Sequence record: MK308637.1
Source: Microbacterium phage Schubert
DNA: 32,000 nucleotides
Reading direction: 5' to 3' (one strand)
Under the pieces are notes generated by a model. It saw only the letters and a list, made by a program, of their open reading frames with translations. It was not told where the DNA came from and did not search any database. The position numbers and the translations under genes are program-made. The first letter of the stretch is position 1. Each line of letters opens with the position of its first letter. Positions 26,257 to 32,000 of the stretch are shown here, piece by piece.

Positions 26257-27210
26257 TCAGTGTTCTCCTGCCTTGTTGATGATGTCCGACAGAGGGATCT
26301 CCACCGGCTCGGTTGACGTGGCCTTGTACCACGACTTCCAGTTTACCCCAATGCGCATGATTCCGCCAGCCTTGTTCTTGACAGCGGCACGCAGGAAGGG
26401 GAAGACCTTGGGGTATTCGTGCTCAGCCGCCTCGAGGTCCGGAGTACGGGCGACAGCGTCCTGAGGGTCCAGCGGGATGGTGGTCTCGATAGACCCGTGC
26501 TGATCGTAGGCCACACCAGGAAGGGTGAAAGCCCGCTTGCCCTGGGAGATGGTCTCCAGGAACATGGCCAGGTCCTCACCGTGGTACTGGTAGGGCTTCG
26601 GCATCCGCCGCATACGGAACCTCCTCATGTGGAAGAACATGACGCACGCGGGGAAGCTACCCTTGTTGAGGGTTGCCCCGACACTGGTGTCCACTCCACC
26701 ACTGAAGAGAGCGTTACGCGCGGCACCATACGACGCCTCCGGCTCGAGCCTGAACACCTGCTCCGCCATCTTGCAACCGACGGCCAGGGAGCGGACCAGG
26801 AGCATAGGCTCTGCGATCCCGCTGACCTTGGCGCTGTACCGGCGCGTGTGAAACATTCCGTCCTCACGCTGGATACGCTCCAGGAGGCTCACGTGGATGA
26901 TGTCGTCGTCCAGCATGACGATACGCTTGTGCCCACGACGGTCAGCATCCTTGAGGCAGACCATGCGAGCCGGACCGATACCGTAGGGTGCCCTCTGCTT
27001 GACGATGGTTGCCCACGGGTACGTGGTCTGGTAATCGTTGGCCTCGGTATCCCGGACCACGATGTGGACACGGCTCTTGATGCTGGTGGGAGCATCCTTG
27101 AGCATCTCCAGCAGAGGTGCCTTTCCTGCACGGTTGTAGCTCGGCACGTAGATGGGGTACATCCACGATGACTTGACGCTACGCAGGAGGGGGATGTGAA
27201 GGTTAGACAT
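26257..27210 (-). CDS. GT-A fold glycosyltransferase, resembling TET-associated/DNA-base glycosyltransferases (TAGT-like)
   Basis: MYPIYVPSYNRAGKAPLLEML...IGPARMVCLKDADRRGHKRIVMLDDDI...YHGEDLAMFLETISQG; RBS GGAG. Confidence 0.6.
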   Translation of the reverse strand: MSNLHIPLLRSVKSSWMYPIYVPSYNRAGKAPLLEMLKDAPTSIKSRVHIVVRDTEANDYQTTYPWATIVKQRAPYGIGPARMVCLKDADRRGHKRIVMLDDDIIHVSLLERIQREDGMFHTRRYSAKVSGIAEPMLLVRSLAVGCKMAEQVFRLEPEASYGAARNALFSGGVDTSVGATLNKGSFPACVMFFHMRRFRMRRMPKPYQYHGEDLAMFLETISQGKRAFTLPGVAYDQHGSIETTIPLDPQDAVARTPDLEAAEHEYPKVFPFLRAAVKNKAGGIMRIGVNWKSWYKATSTEPVEIPLSDIINKAGEH

Positions 27211-27517
27211 TCTTGTTCTCCAGTTCGTCCTGCAGGTTCACCCGTGCCAGGTTGAGACCGACTATGGTCTGCTGGTAGGCGATCTGGATGGTCTGCAGAT
27301 CATTGAGGTACTTGGCGACCACGTCGCCTAGCTGGATGGTCTTGCAGGGCCACTCTCCACATCCCTGGTTGCACTGATGCATGTGATCCATGCAGTGCTC
27401 CTCGCAGGGAGACAGGGTATGCGTGTGGCCAGGGTTGACGCAGACAGAGAGTCCCTCGTGCGCCTTGGCGGTCATCAGCAGAGCCGTGGCCAGCCGAACT
27501 AGTTCCTGATCTTCCAT
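27203..27517 (-). CDS. Cys/His-rich small protein, possible zinc-binding
   Basis: MEDQELVRLATALLMTAKAHEGLSVCVNPGHTHTLSPCEEHCMDHMHQCNQGCGEWPCKTIQ; AGGAG upstream of ATG at 27517. Confidence 0.6.
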   Translation of the reverse strand: MEDQELVRLATALLMTAKAHEGLSVCVNPGHTHTLSPCEEHCMDHMHQCNQGCGEWPCKTIQLGDVVAKYLNDLQTIQIAYQQTIVGLNLARVNLQDELENKNV

Positions 27518-27567
27518 GGTGGACTCCTGTCTGGGGAGGGTGCCCGTTGCCAGGCACCCTCCTCGGA

Positions 27568-27855
27568 TCACTTCTTACGGTGGAAGAATCCCCATGCCCA
27601 ACGAGCGCCTTCCAGCCAGATGTCGATGTTGGTCGACGCGAGGGGGAAGTCGTTGCCATGGACGCTAGTGGCGACAGTGCGGGCCTCTCGCAGGTACTCC
27701 TCTAGGGTCACCTGAGGCTTCGTCTGCTTGGCCAGACCCCTGGCCGCACGGACAATGCCGACGATGAACGCGAACACCAGGATGACCGCTCCCAGAGCCG
27801 CGAGGATGAACATGACCCATCCGAACAGGGTCAGCAACAGCTCCCAGGGGTTCAT
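27568..27855 (-). CDS. Small membrane protein
   Basis: MNPWELLLTLFGWVMFILAALGAVILVFAFIVGIVRAARG; ATGA-type overlap with the upstream gene. Confidence 0.6.
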   Translation of the reverse strand: MNPWELLLTLFGWVMFILAALGAVILVFAFIVGIVRAARGLAKQTKPQVTLEEYLREARTVATSVHGNDFPLASTNIDIWLEGARWAWGFFHRKK

Positions 27856-28634
27856 GCTCCTGCCGGTCCTTCCGGTGCCTCGGCGCGCTTACGAGCACCT
27901 GCCCAGATCTGGCGCATCTCGCGCTCCTGAGCGTCGTAGATCTTGTCGGCCCACTTAGCCAGCAGGTCGAAGTGACGCGGGTAGACGTGCAGGTTGGCCA
28001 CCTGGAAGGTGATGTGGCCGCGCTGGATGCCGGGGATGGCGATGGCGAGGTCCTGCAGGAGCAGGTTCATCAGGTAGTCCCACATGGAGTAGTCTGCCCG
28101 GTATCCCCAGACAGCGTCCATGGAGCGCATCTGCGCGATGATGTGCAGACGGTTCTGGTCGTCAATCATGACGTTCAGCGCGTTCGTGCAGATGAAGTCG
28201 TTGCGACCGTTCTTGTGGGCCAGGTTGTGGATGTCCCGGTCCGAGATGATGGCGACCGCGTGCCGGGTATCCGCACCCTCACGGAGGAAGGTGTTCACGA
28301 TCCGGTCGTACAGTGCGGGACCCTCCGGGAGCTCGTCCGGGTTCTCCTCGTGGTTTCCGAACAAGATGTGGCCGTAGGCGCTGTTCACCGTGCCGTCGTC
28401 TCCGGCGCATGCCTGGAAGGCACCGGGCACCGGAGGCTCCATGTCCTCGAGACGGTTCGAACCTCCAGCGAACCACCGAATCTCCCGGCGGACCCAGTCC
28501 TCGTTCCGCTCACCGATCATGGAGGGCTTGTCAGCGATCCAGCTGACGGAGTAGAGTACCTTGTTCCCCGTGCGGTCGTCGATCGGAGCGTCGGACAGGG
28601 CGAGGGCGACGTCGTCGCTCGTGTTCTGAATCAT
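27852..28634 (-). CDS. Thymidylate synthase-superfamily enzyme, candidate deoxycytidylate hydroxymethylase/methylase
   Basis: NDFICTNALNVMIDDQNRLHIIAQMRSMDAVWGYRADYS...HITFQVANLHVYPRH aligns by eye with TS PCH...QRSxDxxLGxPFN...HxY; Cys149, Arg170-Ser171, Asp173, Asp181 (TS Asn177 position), His216/Tyr218. RBS AGGAGAAC. Confidence 0.75.
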   Translation of the reverse strand: MIQNTSDDVALALSDAPIDDRTGNKVLYSVSWIADKPSMIGERNEDWVRREIRWFAGGSNRLEDMEPPVPGAFQACAGDDGTVNSAYGHILFGNHEENPDELPEGPALYDRIVNTFLREGADTRHAVAIISDRDIHNLAHKNGRNDFICTNALNVMIDDQNRLHIIAQMRSMDAVWGYRADYSMWDYLMNLLLQDLAIAIPGIQRGHITFQVANLHVYPRHFDLLAKWADKIYDAQEREMRQIWAGARKRAEAPEGPAGA

Positions 28635-28679
28635 TGAAGTTCTCCTAGCTATGGGGTAGCGGCTGGTGCCGCTGTGGGT

Positions 28680-28708
28680 AGTTTACCTGATAGACGATTT
28701 GATTACAA
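28680..28708 (-). promoter_or_regulatory. Sigma-70-like promoter: TTGTAA-17-TAAACT
   Basis: + strand AGTTTA 28680-28685, 17 bp, TTACAA 28703-28708, upstream of the TS-like gene. Confidence 0.7.
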
Positions 28709-28769
28709 GTGTGGGTTGTCTCCTAGCGCTCGTAGGTGTGAACGTGGCTCTCGTGTCTCTCTGCGATCG

Positions 28770-28916
28770 TCACTGCTCTGCTCCGTACACGGCCAGCGCG
28801 TCCCCGCTGACGGGAGTGTCACTACCCTCCCAGTGAAGGTAGTTCAGTTCGGAAACAGACAGGTCCATACGGGAGCCGGTCTTGGCGTCCTCGATAGCGG
28901 CCTCGAGGTTGTACAC
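28770..28916 (-). CDS. Small ORF (48 aa) not in supplied ORF track: VYNLEAAIEDAKTGSRMDLSVSELNYLHWEGSDTPVSGDALAVYGAEQ
   Basis: GTG start preceded by CTTCAAGGAGAACACC (same UTR block as neighbours), stop TGA; sits downstream of the promoter at 29007-29035. Confidence 0.6.
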   Translation of the reverse strand: MYNLEAAIEDAKTGSRMDLSVSELNYLHWEGSDTPVSGDALAVYGAEQ

Positions 28917-29006
28917 GGTGTTCTCCTTGAAGTCGAGGATGGTGGGGGAGGACCTAAGCCCTCCCCGTTGAGGTTGGTTCCAGGTGCTTGCGTCCCGGTA
29001 GAATCT

Positions 29007-29035
29007 AGTTTAGCACATCATCTACCGGGACGCAA
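29007..29035 (-). promoter_or_regulatory. Sigma-70-like promoter: TTGCGT-17-TAAACT within 15-bp-arm inverted repeat
   Basis: + strand AGTTTA 29007-29012, 17 bp, ACGCAA 29030-29035; inverted repeat 28988-29002 / 29021-29035. Confidence 0.75.
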
Positions 29036-29043
29036 ACCCAAAA

Positions 29044-29220
29044 TCAAACTTTCTTCAGGCACTTCTTGCAGACGATCTGCGGGATGATCTGCGTCGTGTA
29101 GGCACGGCTCCAGCGGAACACCTCCAGGCCACACTGAGTACGGTCGTTATCGGCCGGGTCCAGAGCGTGCTGGAGGGAAGGTCGACCTCCGTTGGTGCGG
29201 GCCAGGATGAAGAGGGTCAT
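29044..29220 (-). CDS. Small ORF (58 aa) not in supplied ORF track: MTLFILARTNGGRPSLQHALDPADNDRTQCGLEVFRWSRAYTTQIIPQIVCKKCLKKV
   Basis: ATG overlaps the stop of the upstream gene (ATGA at 29217-29220); C...CxxC motif; stop TGA. Confidence 0.6.
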   Translation of the reverse strand: MTLFILARTNGGRPSLQHALDPADNDRTQCGLEVFRWSRAYTTQIIPQIVCKKCLKKV

Positions 29221-29957
29221 GCCTCGATCCCCCGTCCCTGCGTCACGGCACGTCCGCCGGTGTTGGCGTTCTGCCCTGCCCGGTAGCCGTGGCCAGCGGC
29301 CGAGTCGCGTCCGGTTGCCGTGCGACGACGGGCACGTCGTGTGGCCTTGCCGTCCATGTACTCCTGGACCTTGGCGTCACGGGAGATCAGGACCAGCTCG
29401 GTACCCTTAGAGGCCTCCTGTACCACCTGCTGACGGCTCTCCCGGATACGGGTACCGGCTCCAGTGCCGAACCCGTGGACGAACGACCGACGAGCCTTCT
29501 CCTGCTCGTAGCTCGAGTACCCAGCGTACACGTCCTTGTGCTCCTTCCACCAGGTGCGGACGGCCACCATGCTCTGGACCTGGAGGGAGAGGATGAGGGT
29601 CTTGGCCTGCTGGACGTCCGACTCGAAGCCGACGATCCAGAAGGAGAACACCTTGCCACGTCCTCCGGTGTACTGCATCCCACGCAGACCGCCGAGACCG
29701 TGGACGACGTTGGAGCAGAGGTTGAGCATCTCTCCCCGGTACGCTCCGGTGAAGTCCAGGCGCTCCTCGATGATCTTCTCCGAGGCCTGTCCGGCCTTGG
29801 CGCGACGCTCGTCGATACGAGCCTGCTCGATGCCGTACTTGACCATGAGGCGCTCGGCGTGCTCGGTGAGGGCTTCCGCCTCCTCCGGAGTGGTGCTCTC
29901 GGCCTTGGCGAGGAGCTGAGCGATGAGCTCGAGCTTCTTGTCCTGGGTGTCAGCCAT
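29217..29957 (-). CDS. DUF2786-like protein
   Basis: MADTQDKKLELIAQLLAKAESTTPEEAEALTEHAERLMVKYGIEQARID...; RBS CTTCAAGGAGAACATCATG at 29957, correcting the track start of 30005. Confidence 0.7.
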   Translation of the reverse strand: MADTQDKKLELIAQLLAKAESTTPEEAEALTEHAERLMVKYGIEQARIDERRAKAGQASEKIIEERLDFTGAYRGEMLNLCSNVVHGLGGLRGMQYTGGRGKVFSFWIVGFESDVQQAKTLILSLQVQSMVAVRTWWKEHKDVYAGYSSYEQEKARRSFVHGFGTGAGTRIRESRQQVVQEASKGTELVLISRDAKVQEYMDGKATRRARRRTATGRDSAAGHGYRAGQNANTGGRAVTQGRGIEA

Positions 29958-30003
29958 GATGTTCTCCTTGAAGTTGTGGTGGGTGTTGGAGCGGGTAGAA
30001 ATC

Positions 30004-30032
30004 ATTTTGCCTGACTTCTACCCGCTCCACAA
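30004..30032 (-). promoter_or_regulatory. Sigma-70-like promoter: TTGTGG-17-CAAAAT within 14-bp-arm inverted repeat
   Basis: + strand ATTTTG 30004-30009, 17 bp, CCACAA 30027-30032; arms 29987-30000 / 30016-30029. Confidence 0.65.
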
Positions 30033-30035
30033 GTG

Positions 30036-30236
30036 TTAGCTGAAGATGAGGGAGATCAGGTCGTCGACGATGTCCTGCTCGAGGTACTCGTCGATGTCCC
30101 TGTGGGGCAAGGCCTCCTGGACCCGAGACACGAGAGCCCGGTGGTGGCTGATGATGTTGGTCTCATCAACGTCGTGGCCGCAGACCGCGTACGCCATGAG
30201 CGCCTCGCGGATGGTGACCTTCTCGATGAAATCCAT
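30036..30236 (-). CDS. Hypothetical small protein
   Basis: MDFIEKVTIREALMAYAVCGHDVDETNIISHHRALVSRVQEALPHRDIDEYL; RBS AAGGAG. Confidence 0.65.
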   Translation of the reverse strand: MDFIEKVTIREALMAYAVCGHDVDETNIISHHRALVSRVQEALPHRDIDEYLEQDIVDDLISLIFS

Positions 30237-30290
30237 TTCGTACTCCTTGGGTTGAAGTTGTGCCGGTGCCGGTGTGCCCCGGTAGAAGTT

Positions 30291-30319
30291 AGTTTACCTG
30301 AACTTCTACCGAGGCACAA
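30291..30319 (-). promoter_or_regulatory. Sigma-70-like promoter: TTGTGC-17-TAAACT within 11-bp-arm inverted repeat
   Basis: + strand AGTTTA 30291-30296, 17 bp, GCACAA 30314-30319; CGGTAGAAGTT (30280-30290) / AACTTCTACCG (30301-30311). Confidence 0.75.
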
Positions 30320-30326
30320 ACCGCTT

Positions 30327-30572
30327 TTAGAAGTAGTCGCCCTCGTCGTCCGCGTCGGAGAAGACGACCTCTCCGGTGTACTCGGTGGCGATCTTGCCGT
30401 ATCCTGCACCGTACTGCTGGCCGTTGGACAGGACCACCGTAGCGTCCTCGCCGAACTCCTCGATGGCGATCTGGATGGCCTCGAGCAGACCGCCGAGGGT
30501 GACCTGCGTGCTGACCTGCTCGGGGGAGTAACCCTGGTTGTCCGAGATGGGGAGAATAACCGTGCGTGCCAT
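30327..30572 (-). CDS. Hypothetical small acidic protein
   Basis: MARTVILPISDNQGYSPEQVSTQVTLGGLLEAIQIAIEEFGEDATVVLSNGQQYGAGYGK; RBS AAGGAA. Confidence 0.65.
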   Translation of the reverse strand: MARTVILPISDNQGYSPEQVSTQVTLGGLLEAIQIAIEEFGEDATVVLSNGQQYGAGYGKIATEYTGEVVFSDADDEGDYF

Positions 30573-30624
30573 GATGTTGTTCCTTGCCTTGAAGTTGTGT
30601 TGGCCGTGTTCTGTTGTACTTAGA

Positions 30625-30653
30625 AGTTTACCTGAAGCTCAACCGGAAAGCAA
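30625..30653 (-). promoter_or_regulatory. Sigma-70-like promoter: TTGCTT-17-TAAACT
   Basis: + strand AGTTTA 30625-30630, 17 bp, AAGCAA 30648-30653; upstream CCCAAAATCCAACTTTC shared with other copies. Confidence 0.75.
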
Positions 30654-30673
30654 ACCCAAAATCCAACTTTCTT

Positions 30674-30910
30674 TCAGGAGATGGGATCGATCTGGGCGTA
30701 CCACACGTCGTCGGCCGTGCGGGCGTCCTCGGTGGACTCCAGGTACAGGGTGACACCCAGCTCGAGGTTCTCGTAGCCGTTGTCACCCAGCACGAACTCG
30801 ATACCCTCGACGGTGACGGTACGAGGAGCCAGGTAGCCGTAGTGGTCCAGGACCAGGTCGGTGCTGAAGACGGTGGTCGTGTGGTCCAGGATGCGTGCTT
30901 CGTTGTTCAT
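30674..30910 (-). CDS. Hypothetical small protein, predicted leaderless
   Basis: MNNEARILDHTTTVFSTDLVLDHYGYLAPRTVTVEG...; ATG lies about 7 nt from the -10 element of the promoter at 30917-30945; no SD. Confidence 0.65.
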   Translation of the reverse strand: MNNEARILDHTTTVFSTDLVLDHYGYLAPRTVTVEGIEFVLGDNGYENLELGVTLYLESTEDARTADDVWYAQIDPIS

Positions 30911-30916
30911 AACTTG

Positions 30917-30945
30917 ATTTTAGCTGAACTTCAACCTAGAAGCAA
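30917..30945 (-). promoter_or_regulatory. Sigma-70-like promoter: TTGCTT-17-TAAAAT
   Basis: + strand ATTTTA 30917-30922, 17 bp, AAGCAA 30940-30945; upstream CCCAAAATCCAACTTTC identical to the copy at 30655-30671. Confidence 0.75.
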
Positions 30946-30975
30946 ACCCAAAATCCAACTTTCCGCACGGCCACA

Positions 30976-31329
30976 TCACTCGCTGTACCACTCCTCCGGC
31001 TCGTCACGAGACGGCTCGAACACCAGCTTCCGCCGGGGAGCCGACAGACCCTTGATGCTGTCCAGCGTCGCGGCCACCTCGCCGTAGTCCCGACGAGCCA
31101 GGTGGTGCAGCGCCTTCTCCAGCGCGTCCCGGGCGATCAGTGCCTTGTTGTAGTTGGCCGCTGTGTTCGGCTTGGTCGCGTGCGGCTCCATCTTCCGCAC
31201 GGCTTCCTCCTCGAGGGTCAACAGCCGTCGAAGCTCCTTCCTGAGCTCGCGTCGCTCGGTCTCCGTCATGTCCCAGTCCCGTGCCTTCAATGCGCACGCG
31301 TCCACAGCCTGCTGTCGCTCGCGATTCAT
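30976..31329 (-). CDS. Hypothetical protein
   Basis: MNRERQQAVDACALKARDWDMTETERRELRKELRRLLTLEEEAVRKMEPH...; strong RBS AGAAGGAGG upstream of ATG 31329 (track start was 31374). Confidence 0.65.
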   Translation of the reverse strand: MNRERQQAVDACALKARDWDMTETERRELRKELRRLLTLEEEAVRKMEPHATKPNTAANYNKALIARDALEKALHHLARRDYGEVAATLDSIKGLSAPRRKLVFEPSRDEPEEWYSE

Positions 31330-31644
31330 CCAAGTCCTCCTTCTGCTCGAGCGGTCGTACCAAGTATGCACCAACCAGCGCCTTAAGGCAAGCCCGCGCC
31401 TTAAACACCACCAAGGCGGTGCCGACGGAGGTGCGACGGGATCGAAGGAGGAGCAGCATCCGACGTCGGCGGCGAGGAGCCTTAGCGACCTTGGTGGTGT
31501 GTGGCGAAAAGGCGGTCCGGGGAGAACGTGATTCGCGTCCTAAGAGACGCTCTCACGTGGTGTGGCCAGGCTCCCTCACTCACTCGCTCCGCGTCGCTGC
31601 GCTCGCTCGTTCGTTCGGTCGCTTATAGAGGGTGGAATTCGGGC

Positions 31645-31674
31645 TTGCGCTGATGTCATGATGTGTGCTAAGGT
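31645..31674 (+). promoter_or_regulatory. Candidate rightward promoter TTGCGC-18-TAAGGT
   Basis: TTGCGC 31645-31650, 18 bp, TAAGGT 31669-31674; upstream of the + strand ORF at 31713. Confidence 0.5.
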
Positions 31675-31712
31675 TGTGATGTTGAGTCCACCACATAGAT
31701 TTGGAGAACATG

Positions 31713-32000
31713 ATGGGCAAGAAGCACGAGAGCAAGGGTCGGTCGCTCCGGGATATGGCGTACGAGGTCACCCCGGCTCAGAGGCTGATGCGGCAGGAGA
31801 TGGAGGCCGGGGTTCATCGGGCAGGGTCGGTGGTCGACTCGGTTCTTGGTGTGAGTCGGTCGAGCGCTGAGGTCGAGGCTCTGGCTCTGAAGGTGATCGG
31901 TGAGTCGGAGGTGAGTCTGCGTCTGGGTCTGCAGGAGTGGAGGGCTGTCCAGGACCTGGTGGAGGCTGGCATCCGTGCCGGGATGGAGGTCAAGCAGTAG
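31713..32000 (+). CDS. Hypothetical protein, possibly incomplete at the window edge or ending at 32000 (TAG at 31998-32000)
   Basis: MGKKHESKGRSLRDMAYEVTPAQRLMRQEMEAGVHRAGSVVDSVLGVSRS...; GGAG at 31703-31706. Confidence 0.6.
   Translation: MGKKHESKGRSLRDMAYEVTPAQRLMRQEMEAGVHRAGSVVDSVLGVSRSSAEVEALALKVIGESEVSLRLGLQEWRAVQDLVEAGIRAGMEVKQ

Noticed and set aside
31281-31628. 115-aa - strand ORF in the repeat-rich region
   Set aside because: Extremely Arg/Ser-rich translation, overlaps the better supported 30976-31329 gene in another frame, and no RBS; more likely non-coding, though not excluded.

Overview
The window is an accessory-rich slice of an actinobacteriophage-like dsDNA siphophage genome. 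The family calls come from recognisable protein motifs; no database search was run. The + strand (1-14.1 kb) carries head-tail connector genes, a tail tube protein, tail assembly chaperones (probable frameshift), tape measure, distal and minor tail proteins, a tail protein with a GH18 glycosidase-like domain, and a lysis cassette (amidase + PG-binding endolysin, two membrane proteins). A strong terminator-like hairpin lies at 14157-14190. The - strand (14.2-31.3 kb) carries a replication/recombination module: primase-helicase, VRR-NUC nuclease, probable ssDNA-binding protein, Sak4-like RecA-fold ATPase, Cas4-like Fe-S nuclease, family A DNA polymerase and SNF2-like helicase. It also carries a candidate nucleotide/DNA hypermodification cluster: MazG-like, P-loop nucleotide kinase, GT-A glycosyltransferase, and a thymidylate-synthase-fold enzyme whose substrate-discriminating Asn is Asp, as in dCMP hydroxymethylases. 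The two strongest novel signals are (1) this candidate T4-like cytosine hydroxymethylation/glycosylation pathway and (2) a family of nine - strand promoter-like elements with invariant 17-bp spacers. Several of these elements are embedded in long inverted repeats, share a common 5'UTR block, and precede single small genes. One such gene is predicted to be leaderless. Two small ORFs absent from the supplied track, an anomalous tRNA-like element, and a repeat-dense non-coding region near 31.4-31.6 kb are also reported.
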